A DNA stretch of 64,000 nucleotides. Source: Phyllobates terribilis. Taxonomy: Eukaryota. Under the pieces are notes generated by a model. It did not search any database, was not told the DNA's origin, and saw only the letters and a list, made by a program, of their open reading frames with translations. The translations under genes and the position numbers were made by a program. The DNA is taken from NCBI RefSeq assembly GCF_046119375.1, contig NW_027362768.1, positions 29,698,001-29,762,000 on the forward strand, written 5' to 3'. Positions within the stretch are counted from its first letter, which is position 1. Every line of letters starts with the position of its first letter. This document shows positions 34,843 through 48,100 of the stretch, in pieces.

Positions 34843-36809
34843 ATATGTATAACAAAACATAAGACAGCCCTAATAAATGTAGAAAAGGTAATTTTTATAA
34901 TTCATGCCGTTACGGAATTTGGTATTTAATGTTAAAATCCAAAATGCCTCACGCAACGCCATCTTGCTTCTGGCAGTTTCCACCCGTCATTGGGCAGGTA
35001 ACCATTTCTACTCCAAAAAAAAGGAAAAACTGGACAAATCTCCCTTGTGTGTGATGATAAAATGTTTTGCGGCTCTTGAGTAACCCCGGTTGTTGCCGTT
35101 AATATTGGCTATATGTTCAGCTATTCTTCTTTTCAGTGTTCTTGTAGCAAATGTTGCATGCTCGGCACCTGATGCAGTAAACTGCATGATTGGCTTTGCA
35201 ACTGATGAAAGATTTGATATGGTGTTTGGTAATATGTTTGAAAAAAGGTGAGAGTATTTTGTTCTCCGCAAAGCTGCAGACTTTGCATCTGTTTCCATCA
35301 CATTTGTAGAAGCATTTGATTGACAACCATGTAGTGGATGATTGAGGCTGATACATTAGCCTTGGTGACAACATGTTGCCTAATGTGCAGCCTCTCTTTG
35401 CCACACGTCTATATCCATCTTGAATGTTAGTGTATAAAGTTCTATATTGATTGACGATGAGAAGGTATCTTTGGATAATGTTTTTAATGCTGTTATATTG
35501 CGGGCTATACGCTGTTCAACATTAAACACCAAATTCCCTAACGACATGAATTATAAAAAATTACCTTTCTGCATTTATTAGGGGTGTCTTATGTTTTGTT
35601 CTATATATATAATTCTTTTTGTCATGTGTTATCATGCTGTATGACAAAGTACATATGTGTCAATCATGGTATGTGTGATATCCTATGATTAAGGGCGTCT
35701 TAGTTCGCCAGAAGCTCGTCAGGTTCTGAGGCTTCTGTTTTTAAACATTTTTTAATCGACTCAATAAAAAACTTTTTTACCAGTATGGTTGTGCCGGAAA
35801 CTACCCTGTCATCTTATCCCCTTACAATGATTTTCATACCTCCAAACTTTACTGTTGGTATGATGTTTTAGGGTGATATGCTGCTCTTTTTGCCCTCCAA
35901 CCATGGTGTGTATTATGGCATCCAAAGAGTTTAGTTTTGGTCTCATCTGACCAGACTGTATTCTCCCAGTATTTCACAGACTTGTCTAAATGTGGTTGAG
36001 CAAACAATAAAAGCGCTTGAACATGCTTTTTGTGCAGCAATGGAGCATTGTGTGGTGAGTGTGCATACAGGCCATGGAGGTTGAGTACATTACTTATAGT
36101 TTCTTTGAAACAATTGTACCTGCTGATTCCTGGTATTTCTGTAATTCTCCACAGGTGGTCCTTGGCTCTTGGACAACTCTTCTGGTAATTCTTTTCACTC
36201 CTTTGTCTGAAATCTTGCAGGGAGCACCTGGTCGTGGCCAGTTTAAGCAAAATTACTTTCTTTCCACTTCTGAATTATGGCCCCAACCATGCTCACTGGA
36301 ATATTCAGTAGTTTAGAAATTCTTCTGTAACCAATGCCATCAGTATGTTTTGCAACAATAAGGTTACAAAGGTCTTGAGACAGCTCACTGGTTTTACCCA
36401 TCATGAGATGTTTCTTGTGTGGCACCTTGATAATGAGACACCTTTTTATAGGCCTCAGTTGAACCAGCTGATATTATTTTTCGCTAAGTGGCAGAATTGC
36501 TTTCTATGTACTGATAGATTTCAGCTGGTGTCATGACTTTCCATGGCTTTTTGCGCTTCTCTTTCTTCATGTGTTCAATACTTTTTACCTCTGTCATTTC
36601 TCATTATTACACATAAATTAATTAATGGATCTCTATAGTTTGATTTATTTGCCTTTGTGGATTGGATGGGTTGTTACTGACATCTGGTGAGAATTTCATG
36701 TCAATAACACTTTTAGAAATATATTTACTTAGATAATTGGTGACGTGTTCATTGCTTATTTCACCCGCTGTATAGTAGAAAATCTGATCTTCTATGCTTT
36801 TATCATCAG

Positions 36810-36944
36810 GTATACTTTAACTCCTCTTCCATTCCATTACTTGGACCCACTGGAAAGATCATTGTCTGTAACCCTGTATCATGGTTCTGTGGCTGAGAAG
36901 GATCCAGCCTTGCTTGGATTTGACCTAATAACTTGCATTGAGCT
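36810..36944 (+). CDS. HENMT1: HENMT1 coding exon 3 (YTLTPLP...LYHGSVAEKDPALLGFDLITCIEL), 135 nt
   Basis: LYHGS and GFDLITCIE motifs. Acceptor catcag, donor CT|GTAAGT. Confidence 0.95.
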
Positions 36945-37960
36945 GTAAGTATGTACAGACGCCTGATTCTTGGCTGTATGTGCTGTGTACATAAGATATT
37001 GTGGGTTCTGTATTAGCAGGAGGGAGTGGATTTGCTTGAGGGACTGACAGACTGAAGCTAGTGGTGCCAGCATTGAACTATACTTTCTTCTAAAAGTGAG
37101 CGGTATCAGCATCGATCATATTACTGCCTTGTAGGCCAGTATGGCATGGATCAATATTCTCCATGTTACTCAATAGGCTGTTGCACATTAGGAAACTGAG
37201 ATGTGGTCCATGTTATGATTATACACTACATTTGACCTTCTATTCAATATTTCTCTAATGCATTATTACTGGTCTTGACTTGTAATAGTCCTTTAGGAGA
37301 CTTTTGTCTTTGTACATCTCAAGAAAAAAAAAACTGTTGGGAGCATACATAGTTTGATAGACTACTTGCAATGACATTTTGTAGGAAATCCTAAGTCAAT
37401 GGGGTTGTCTGAGCATATAATATTGATGACCTGTCCTCAGGATAGGTCATCAATATCAGATTGCGGAGGTCAGACACCAATCAGCTGTTATCAGCTGACC
37501 TGCAGTTCTTGGCTGCGGCCACTACACTGTAGAGAGCGGCACTTGTTTATATCTGGACACCGCCGATGGGGATGATTCCTGGGGATGTTGGACACCCTCA
37601 CAATCTGATATTGATGACCTATCCTAAGGAAACTCTGCTACTCTGACTACAGAGACTGATTTTTTTGGTGATCCGCAGCTGGGACTAGATCATGAACTAC
37701 ATACATCATCTGCAGTAGGCAGCCCGCTTGCATCTGTGGGGCGGTTGAAATTCTTCAGCTGTTGACTTAGTACTGAAGACATCTGTTACTAAAATGAAGC
37801 ATATCTGTATTAGAATTTCCTTATATTTTATATAGCAAAGTTAAACAATTCATGAGCTTCTCCGTCATCTGGAGAACTTGTGCTTCCTAATATATAATTT
37901 TATTGATTTTATCATCAGTAAAATTCCTAACTGGTCTCTCATTTATCTGTGTTTTTGAAG

Positions 37961-38143
37961 GATTGAACACCTGGAAACGAAGGACCTAGAAGAGTTCCAA
38001 GATGTACTATTTGGTTTTATGGCCCCTAAGGCTGCTGTGATTAGTACTCCAAATGTAGAATTTAATGTCCTATTTTCTAAAAAAACACGCTTCAGACATC
38101 CAGACCACAAGTTTGAATGGAGCAGAAAAGAATTTCAGAGCTG
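37961..38143 (+). CDS. HENMT1: HENMT1 coding exon 4 (IEHLETKDLEE...STPNVEFN...FRHPDHKFEWSRKEFQSW), 183 nt
   Basis: Metal-binding ELIEH, TPNxEFN and HxDHKFEW Hen1 motifs are intact. Acceptor tttgaag, donor TG|GTCAGA. Confidence 0.95.
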
Positions 38144-38379
38144 GTCAGATTTCACTCTTAATAAATTAAGGGGTTTTGTGGTTTATAAAACACATTTTCC
38201 GATATCTTACTGGGAATTGTGAGTTACAAAAGGGCTTTTTCTTCATAAATTAGAGCAAAAGAAGCTGCAGAGTTTCTCCCTCTATGGAGCGCAGGGCTGG
38301 ACCATGCATCACACTATAGTTTCCTATAGGGGTGCTTTAGTGGAACAAAAACTTGCTGCCAGGTTTCCCTGTGGATTAA

Positions 38380-38815
38380 AGGGAACCTGACTGCTGATAC
38401 ATCCTGCCTGATCTATGGGCAGCATTAATCAGACATTTGGAGTAAGATTTCGGCTAGGTCTGATTGGCTGTGAAATGCTATTGTGTTTCAGAGAAAGACA
38501 CACTTGAAAAGCCACATGGGAGACTAGTTGAACAGGCCGGTGTCAGTCTTCTTCCTCCTGCCCGCTGCCAGTGACTGACATGTCTCTCCCTATACATGCA
38601 CGCAGGGAGAGGGCTGACACTGTAGGGGGTGGGTGAGGAGAAGTTGCCAGAGACCCGCCTTTCTGACTAGTCTCCCATGTGGCTCACTCCCCGGCGACTT
38701 TGAAAGTGTATTGTTCTCTAAAATGCCACAGAATTTCAGAGTCAAACATATATGGCAGAGATCATATAGCCAGTGCCTGATATACGCTGCTAGTTGATAA
38801 GCTGTCAGGTTCCCT
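38380..38815. mobile_element. T2/Kolobok-type MITE
   Basis: TTAA-AGGGAACCTGAC ... GTCAGGTTCCCT-TTAA. Confidence 0.8.
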
Positions 38816-40888
38816 TTAAGTTAATAGCCATAAGTCCTGGGGCTAGCTTACCATTTGAGGACTATTTTAACAAAAATGAATTGTTAAGTGTAAGCATCCT
38901 CTTTAAGAAAAACTCTTGCAACTGCAAAGTTTAACTTAAGAGTGTGCCTATCAGATACAGTTTTTCCTCATAAAACAATAGAGTATGCAAAGATAATTAA
39001 CTTTATACCAGGATAGACAAAACTATGGCCGTCTAGTCATCGATATACTGTTTTCTATAAGAGCATATTACAGGCAGGCTCTTTCAGAGTGCCCATCAGT
39101 ATAACACTGACAGGCTGGTATAATACACGCCGCTACATTTGTAGTAAATTTATACAGAAGTATAACAGATTCTGGCACTGACTTATTAGAACCTGTTAAG
39201 TTTCAACTTTTTGCTGCATTCTGCGCATCCAAATCAATGGAAACCTGCCACAAAGGAGACTGAATGAAGCCAACCCATAGCACTCGCCATCAGAAGAATT
39301 CAGCTCAAATAGAAAGCTTTTAAGATGGTTTTCCAGACCCATAACAATTGTAAATCAAGCGAACATGTATAAAAGATAAAACAATTTCCCCAGTGCTGCT
39401 CCATTTCTGGCCTCTGGTCCCTTTCTGCTCTTTGTTTCTGCCACTCCAGCAGTGATTTCACATTCTGCTATGTGATCACACCTGTCAATGGTTGATGTTG
39501 GCAAGATTGACATTTCACCTAAATGGCCTGTGATTGACTGTCATGTCATGTCACTGCAGCAGTGTACAAAAAGACAAGCAGGGTAACGAGAAAAATTTAG
39601 GTGGGGAGTTTTAAAAATATCAACTTTTTCTTATTTTAATACCGTGGTAGATTATTTCACTCAACTGATCATCGAGGTAGACAAAGGAACACTTTCTCTT
39701 TAAATCTTCCGCTGGTTTATTAAGAGTACTGCATAAACCACAGCAACATTCGCAAAACAAACACAGCGTAACTGGAAAAACAAAACATAATGTATGGCAC
39801 AGTCTTTGGTGCTAGTTTGGGGGTCCTTGTTGGGGAAACCGCTCGCTTCAGGAACAAACAACCCAAGGTTTAGCTTTCCTTCACATGACAATACAGCTCC
39901 AGAGCTTGATCCTCCAGGCCCACCCCACACCAAATGCTGTAGAAGACTGTGAATTTATCCTTTGGACTCCTCCCTCTCTGCAGCTGTTTAATCACCCTAG
40001 CACTAAACATGGCTGATTAACCCCTCTCAGCACTTTGTGTGCTGAATCATTTTCCTATGTTTATATTACTGGAGCTAACAATCTCAGTGCTACATATCTC
40101 CCCTTTGCCCAAAGCCGTAGGTTTTGGCTCCTTCAGTCACCCAATCGAGAAGTCTAAACAGGACATCTGCATTACCGTGCAGCTTCCCAGACCTGTGTTC
40201 CACATGAAAGATGAAGACCTGAAGCCCTGAGTTTCAACTCTAAAGTACTTTGCCAGTGACTTTGTCACAATACATAACTCGGTAGATTTAAGAAATGAAA
40301 AAAACTGGGAATAGGAAACCCTTTTAAGGTTGGTATAAATACTTTTTTTTGGAAGAGCATCACTTCAGCAGTGCAGATTTTTGGCTAAAAGACAGAAATG
40401 GATTCAAAATGAATGGGAAATATAAAGGAAGGACTTGTACTTCTTCTATGTGATGTATCCTTTTCTGGCTTTGGTTAAAAAAAAAATACATCCAGACTGA
40501 ATGGTGTTTAAAAAAACAAACAAAAACCTGTGTGTGAAATCAGCCTAAAGAGAACATTTCTTGTTTTTAGCACTTTCTGAAACGTGAGTTATGCTTGGTT
40601 TAGATGGCATGATCACAGCCATGAAATGATCACTGATCTGTTACATGCAACCAGTCAGTGGACAGATTTGTAATGCTTTATATCTGCAGGTTAATAGCAT
40701 CTGGAGACAGCTTCCCTTTAAGCCTGCTAAAAAATTATTGCACCTGACAAACGAGCATTTTGCTTGGTCATTGGGTGATTGCCAGCAAATTTAGATGAGC
40801 ACATAGTCGGAAATGAGTATTTTTATGACTGTTCATTCCCAGATCGGCATTGCCTAAATGGACCTTAACTTGTGTTTTGTTACCCCAG

Positions 40889-41066
40889 GGCTATGAAAAT
40901 TGCCAGACAATACAATTATACGGTTGAGTTTTCTGGGGTTGGACAGGCAGTACAAGAAACTAAAGATGTTGGTTATTGCTCCCAAATTGGAATATTCAGT
41001 AAGAACTACAACGAGAGCGAGGAATCCATCAATAACAAGAAGGGCCACAGAAGTGTTTACAAGAGA
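40889..41066 (+). CDS. HENMT1: HENMT1 coding exon 5 (AMKIARQYNYTVEFSGVG...GYCSQIGIFSK...SVYKR), 178 nt
   Basis: YxVEFxGVG and GYCSQIGIF motifs. Acceptor ttaccccag, donor AGA|GTAAGT. Confidence 0.95.
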
Positions 41067-41219
41067 GTAAGTACTTTTTTCTTTTTCACTTATATTTGTG
41101 TATTTCCATTAAAAGCACAGTTTTGACCAGTTAGAGACCTGGACATTTCTTTTTGACCAGATTTTATGAATCCTAAAACAAGATGCTAACATTTTTTGAA
41201 AAAAGAAACAAAAAAACTA

Positions 41220-41350
41220 CCGTATATAAACGAGTATAAGCCGACCTGAATATAAGCCGAGGCCCCTAATTTTACCACACAAAACTGGGAAAACTTATTG
41301 AATCGAGTATAAGCCTAGGGTGGGAAATGCAGCAGCTACTGGTAAATTGG
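41220..41350. mobile_element. Left end of a pogo/Tc2-like non-autonomous element that hosts the 28-bp minisatellite
   Basis: TA CCGTATATAAACGAGTATAAGCCGA terminus. No matching right end was found. Confidence 0.55.
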
Positions 41351-43500
41351 AGCCCCATATAATGCTCCATACAGGATGGGCCCCATATAATGCTCCATGC
41401 ATAATGGGCCCCATATAATGCTCCATGCATAATGGGCCCCATATAATGCTCCATGCATAATGGGCCCCATATAATGCTCCATGCATAATGGGCCCCATAT
41501 AATGCTCCATGCATAATGGGCCCCATATAATGCTCCATGCATAATGGGCCCCATATAATGCTCCATGCATAATGGGCCCCATATAATGCTCCATGCTGTA
41601 TGAGCCCCATATAATGCTCCATGCTGTATGAGCCCCATATAATGCTCCATGCTGTATGAGCCCCATATAATGCTCCATGCTGTATGAGCCCCATATAATG
41701 CTCCATGCTGGATGGGCCCCATATAATGCTCCATGCTGGATGGGCCCCATATAATGCTCCATGCTGGATGGACCCCATATAATGCTCCATGCTGGATGGG
41801 CCCCATATAATGCTCCATGCTGGATGGGCCCCATATAATGCTCCATGCTGGATGGGCCCCATATAATGCTCCATGCTGGATGGGCCCCATATAATGCTCC
41901 ATGCTGGATGGGCCCCATATAATGCTCCATGCTGGATGGGCCCCATATAATGCTCCATGCTGGATGGGCCCCATATAATGCTCCATGCTGGATGGGCCCC
42001 ATATAATCCTCCATGCTGGATGGGCCCCATATAATCCTCCATGCTGGATGGGCCCCATATAATGCTCCATGCTGTATGAGCCCCATATAATGCTCCATGC
42101 TGTATGAGCCCCATATAATGCTCCATGCTGGATGGGCCCCATATAGTGCTAAATGCTGGATGGGCCCCATATAGTGCTCCATGTTGGATGGGCCCCATAT
42201 AGTGCTCCATGCTGGATGGGCCCCATATAGTGCTCCATGCTGGATGGGCCCCATATAGTGCTCCATGCTGGATGGGCCCCATATAATGCTCCATGCTGCA
42301 TGGGCCCCATAAAGTGCTCCATGCTGGATGGGCCACATATAGTGCTCCATGCTGGATGGGCCCCATATAATGCCCCATTCTGGATGGGCCCCATATAATG
42401 CCCCATTCTGGATGGGCCCCATATAATGCCCCATTCTGGATGAGCCCCATATAATGCTCCATGCTGTATGATCCCCATATAATGCTCCATGCTGTATGAG
42501 CCCCATATAATGCTCCATGTTGTATGAGCCCCATATAATGCTCCATGTTGTATGGGCCCCATATAATGCTCCATGCTGTATGGGCCCCATATAGTGCTAA
42601 ATGCTGGATGGGCCCCATATAGTGCTCCATGCTGGATGGGCCCCATATAGTGCTCCATGCTGGATGGGCCCCATATAGTGCTCCATGCTGGATGGGCCCC
42701 ATATAATGCTCCATGCTGCATGGGCCCCATAAAGTGCTCCATGCTGCATGGGCCCCATATAATGCTCCATGCTGCATGGGCCCCATAAAGTGCTCCATGC
42801 TGGATGGGCCCCATATAGTGCTCCATGCTGGATGGGCCCCATATAATGCTCCATGCTGGATGGGCCCCATATAATGCCCCATGCTGCATGGGCCCCATAA
42901 AGTGCTCCATGCTGGATGGGCCCCATATAATGCTCCATGCTGGATGGGCCCCATATAATGCCCCATTCTGGATGAGCCCCATATAATGCTCCATGCTGTA
43001 TGAGCCCCATATAATGCTCCATGCTGTATGAGCCCCATATAATGCTCCATGCTGTATGAGCCCCATATAATGCTCCATGCTGGATGGGCCCCATATAATG
43101 CTCCATGCTGGATGGGCGCCATATAATGCTCCATGCTGGATGGGCCCCATATAATGCTCCATGCTGGATGAACCCCATATAATGCTCCATGCTGGATGGG
43201 CCCCATATAATGCTTCATGCAGGATGGGCCCCATATAATGCTCCATGCTGGATGGGCCCCATATAATGCTCCATGCTGGATGGGCCCCATATAATGCTCC
43301 ATGCTGGATGGGCCCCATATAATGCTCCATGCTGGATGGGCCCCATATAATGCTCCATGCTGGATGGGCCCCATATAATGCTCCATGCTGGATGGGCCCC
43401 ATATAATGCTTCATGCAGGATGGGCCCCATATAATGCTCCATGCTGGATGGGCCCCATATAATGCTCTATGCTGGATGGGCCCCATATAATGCTCCATAC
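41350..43500. repeat. 28-bp minisatellite, ~77 copies (GGCCCCATATAATGCTCCATGCTGGATG)
   Basis: Directly visible, with block-wise sequence variants. Confidence 0.97.
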
Positions 43501-43875
43501 ATTAAAAAAAAAATACTCATCTCTCCTCGCTGCCTCTGCTCTGCTCCGGACTCGTCAGCATGCACTGTGACTGCTCAGCAGAGGGCGTGCTGGAATTACG
43601 GTCTGACCTCAGTGGGAAGCATAACTCCTGAGAGGGAGAATGAGACCATGATCCCCCTCCTAGAGAGACCAAAGTTGACCTGGATTATGAGCTAAGCTGA
43701 GGCAGCTTGGATTGCTTCTGTGATCAGTCCTGCTGGTGTGGAATAGCTGGAGGGTCTGACTGTGCAGCAGTAAAAGTCCCCAGGGTGTTACAGACAGGAG
43801 TTATGCTTCCCACTGAGGTCAGACGTAATTCCTGGTCTATGTCAGGTTTGGACCACTATCAGGTGGGGAAGTTAA

Positions 43876-45100
43876 CCCCTTCTCCACGTTGGGTTTTTGC
43901 GTTTTCGTTTTTTGCTCTCCTCCTTTCCATAGCCATAACTTTTATATTTTTTTCTGTCAATATGGCCATGTGAGGGCTTGTTTTTTGTGGGATGAGTTGT
44001 ACTTTTGAACAACGCCATTGATTTTACCATATGTACTGGAAAACAGCAAAAAAATTCCAAGTGCAGTGAAATTGCAAAAAAAAGTGCAATTCCTCAAATT
44101 TTATTTTTTTTTTTACCATGTTCACGAAATGCTAAAACTGGCCATTGTGATTCTTCAGGTCTTTACGAGTTCACAGATACCAAACGTGTAAGTTCCTTTT
44201 ATTTAAGCGGTGAAAAAAAATTCCAAAGTTTGTCTCCATAGCGTCTCCATTTTCCGTGATCTGGGGCCGGGTGAGGGCTTATTTTTTGTTCATCGAGCTG
44301 ACGTTTTTATTGATACCATTTGGGGTAGATACATTGTTTTGGTCGCCCGTTATTGCATTTTAATGCAGTGTTGCGGCGACCAAAAAAAACATAATTCTGG
44401 CGTTTTGATTATTTTTCTTGTTACAACTTTTACCAATTGGATTAATCCTTTTTTATTTTGATGGATCAGGTGATTCTGAAAGCGGCGATACCAAACGTGT
44501 ATTTTTGATTGATTTTTAATTGTTTTATTTTGAATAGGGTGAAAGGGGGGTGATTTGAACTTTTAGATTTTTTTATTTTTTAATATTTTTAAAACCTTTT
44601 TTTTTTAAAAAAACTTTTCACTTGCTTCAATAGACTCCATGGGAGACTAGAAGCTGCGATCTTCTGATTGCCGGTGTTACACTTAGCAGGGCTGCAGCCC
44701 TGCTATGTGTAACAAAAATGCTCATCTGCTATGAGAGCCATCCATTGGGCTGCGCTCACAGCAGTTTGGCTATGACAACCACAGGGGTTTCCTGCAGACC
44801 CCAGGTTGTCATGTCAATCGATCGGCAGCCTTCAATCATGTGACGGGCGTGCCGATTGGTGTGGTTTGTGATGCGCTTCTGGCGCAGCCATGTTAAATGC
44901 TGCTGTCGGAGTTTGACAGCGGCATTTAACATGTAAACAGCCGCGGGTGGATTGCGATTCCACCCACGGCTACTAGTGGCACATGTCAGCTGATCAGATC
45001 GACTGTCATGCGCCCAGAAAGGTGTGGACTCCGGCGCACGTTGGACAAGAGGGAGAGGCGACCTTGGACGTAGTCATACATCCAAGGTCGTTAAGGGTTT
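43876..45100. mobile_element. Non-autonomous piggyBac-like (TTAA-CCCCTT) element, decayed
   Basis: TTAACCCCTTC at 43872 and degenerate GGTCGTTAAGGG end. A related copy spans ~61040-61894 and ends GAAGGGATTAA. Confidence 0.6.
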
Positions 45101-45179
45101 GAAGGGGTGGTCCGAGGGAAAAGCATTTTTCTTTTCTATTTAACGTCTGATGACTATTTGTTTGAGTATCCTTGTGCAT

Positions 45180-48100
45180 CATTAGGGGGCAGAGGCTGCG
45201 GTCACTGACACAGTCCCTGCCTGAAACGAAGCGTCATCAGTGATGCTCGTTTCAGGGGCTGGTCGCTGCTCTGTCCCTGATTGTCTGCCTTGTGCAGTGT
45301 CTCCCCCCATGTCAGCCGTGTCCGCATTTGAGGCGGAAAGTTTTTGCCGCTACTTGGGTGTCTAAAATGACGACTGCCTCGGTGAAGCAATTGCGTCAGC
45401 TTATGCTTTCTAATTCTCTTGGGGCTAATTTAGCGGATCTATCAGACCAGATCGCTCAAGCAGGCTAGTATCTGTGTTCGGAATCCTTGGACGCAGCTAA
45501 CTGCTCAGCTCAGACTGTGAACAATATTGTGGCTCAAAGCCTGGTGGATAGATGTCTCTTACAGGTCTCTGCCTTTTCAAGGTTCTCATCTGTTCGGAAC
45601 CACGTTGGCGGAGATCATTGCAGATGCCACTGGAGGTAGGAGCACGCTTCTTCCTCAGTCCAGGACTAACCCTCCATTGCGAAGATGCGTGTCTCTTTAA
45701 TTTCATCCTTTTCGTCAGTTGGCAAGTGACACCATCCATCAGGTGAGACCTCAGGTTTTCCAAAGAACAAGGAGACCATCGTTCAAGCCTACACCGTCAT
45801 GGCGATTGCATGGTCATGAAAGCAAGGCTTCTACTTCCAGAGGCTACAGAGGGGAAAATGCGTGACTGCTTTTCTCTACTCGGGGATTTCTTCTGGGTGA
45901 GTGGTCGTTTCTTTTCTTCCAGGTTGCATGACTGGGGGCGATCGAAATTTGGGTCAGAGAGATCATCCCCTCCGGTTATAGGATAGAATTCTTCATATCC
46001 TGTCCCCCCAGGACCACCTCCAATTTCGACCGGGCCTTATCGTCTCTCCTTCAGGCAGGGGTCTTTACGCCTGTACCACCCCTAGAATATTTCAAGGGAT
46101 TCTACTCAAATCTGTTTTTCATACCCAAGGACAACTCAGTGTGGCTTATCCTGGACCTAAGGCTACTGAATGAGAAGATCCGGCTGCGTCACTTCAGGGT
46201 GGAGTCTTTCCACTGGATTAACACCTCCATGGAATCCGAGGAGTTTCTGTGTTTGGTTGACAATCGGGGCGATTACCTACATATTTCTATTTTCCCTCTC
46301 ACAAGAGGTTTCTCCGCTTTGTGGCCTACCAAGATCATTTTCAGTTTGTCTCCCTTCCCTTTGGCTTGGACGCACCACCCAAGGTCTTGGCTTCAGCTGT
46401 TGCACTGCTTCGGACCATAGGCAATAATTTGTGGTGATAACTTACCTGGACAACATTCATATCAAGGCTCCTTACTCGAAGAACTTGGAGAGCCTACAGA
46501 TTGTCTTGGACACCCTGTCTCGCTTCAGGTGAATTATCAACAGGGCAAAGAAGTCTGGTACTTTGAGGAGACCAGGGAACAGCCCCCTCCAGTTCTGCAT
46601 GAGAGTCCTAGGCAAGATGGTTGTGGCTTTCGAGGTGATGTCATTTGTGCAGTTTCATTCAAGACCCCTTCAGAACACCCTTTTCTCTTCTTTGGAAAGG
46701 ACAGTTCATTCTCCGAATTGACGCTTTGGCTTACCATTTCAGATAGTGGTTAACTTCACCTTTGTTATATCAGTGTCACATCTTCTGCCCTAGTCAGTGG
46801 CAGGTTCTGACAACAGACGCCAATCTCCTCAAATGGAGAGTAGTCTTTTGTCATTTCTCCATTCAAGAGCTCTTGGAAGAGACTGGAGAGGCTTCTCCCA
46901 ATCATCATATTGGAACTCAGAGCTATGTGCCTGGCACTTCTTGCTACATGGATGGGGCTAGTTCTATGTTGCCATTAGGTAAGACTTCCACCCAGATTTG
47001 GACATTGTATCCTTAGCCTGCATGAGACTTCTTATCCACAAGGCCATTGCTCCCTGTATCCAGAAACTGCACGGGGCACTTTAACAGGAATTCCATTTTT
47101 GTCTTCACAAGCTAAGTGATCAATTCATTTTCATATTTGTTGCTCTATGAACTTACATTATATGTGCTCCTAATCAGCCTATCCTAAGGAGAAACGCTTC
47201 TAGCTTTACAAACTTTTGTACACTTTTTTATGAGCTTAGCATCAATTGTATTTCATGTGGGCCTATTGAACATTATATATCAGTGTACACTCTATTTTTT
47301 GAGCATAGCATCTATTATATTCAATGTGGACCTATTATACCATATCGCTTAGCAATGCGCTATTAAGTTTTACACATTCTTGTACCCTTTTTTGTGAGCT
47401 AAGCATAATTTCTATCTTATGTGGGCCTATTGAACATTATATTCTTGAGTACACTCTAGTTTTGAGCTTAGTATTTATTGTATCTCATTTAGGCCTGTTA
47501 TACCATATAGCTTTTGAAATCTGTCAGTTAATCAGCTTTATTGCTGGTAGGCAAAAGTTTTACTTAACAGACATATGAAAAAAATAACTTGAGGTACTTT
47601 TAGGATATACTAAAAACATGTACCCTTGAGGTGTATCATTTGTTCTCTTTTCTCATATATGCTATCACTTCTGGAGAAGGATCTTGCCACTAGCTACTTT
47701 CACATGGGCTGTATATTGCTACTTTAGTACAATCTGTCAGATTAATAGTATTGAATAGATTTCTGAATAAGTATACATCATTGAGATATACAATTCATAC
47801 CTTCTGGCTACTCAGTTTATTATGAATGTATTATTGGACTAAACACTGGGTGATATATAGTGGTGTGATCATATGGTTTCTAGTCTGCTGTGGACCAATG
47901 TCCAGAATAAGAGGTTGGCTACTAATTATCTCCGTTTTTGAGATTTCCCACTTTCCATGATTTCTCATTGGACTAGGGTCTTATAGGGACTATTAGGGAG
48001 AGCCGCCGTGGAGCGGGGGGCGCCATTTGCATCCAAGAGGGTGCTAACCTCTGCTGTCAGGTGGGGACGAGGTCAGTGGTCATTTTAGGGTGACTGCACC

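Larger units (their letters stand above)
30250..35816 (-). mobile_element. Penelope-like retroelement remnant with inverted terminal repeats and a GIY-YIG fragment
   Basis: 35008-35404 encodes C..C..C / VYCIRC / TRTLKRRIAEH fragments. Sequence 35520-35816 recurs inverted in pieces at 30250-30380, 33680-33700, 34140-34190 and 34845-34930. Confidence 0.75.
29505..36770 (-). mobile_element. Decayed Tc1 element split by a Penelope-like insertion
   Basis: TIR-like ends cagcaggtgaa...(29505) and ...ttcacccgctg TA (36770). N-terminal half (MGKTSELSQD..., WSDETK) at 35830-36425, C-terminal half (FQQNNDPKY...[10 protein letters not shown]) at 29860-30130. Confidence 0.8.

Noticed and set aside
41272-43498. 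704-, 449-, 431- and 268-aa repetitive ORFs (MEHYMGPIQHGALYGAHPAWSIIWGPSS)n
   Set aside because: Artefact of a 28-bp minisatellite whose minus strand has no stop codons. The protein repeat is simply the three frames in rotation.
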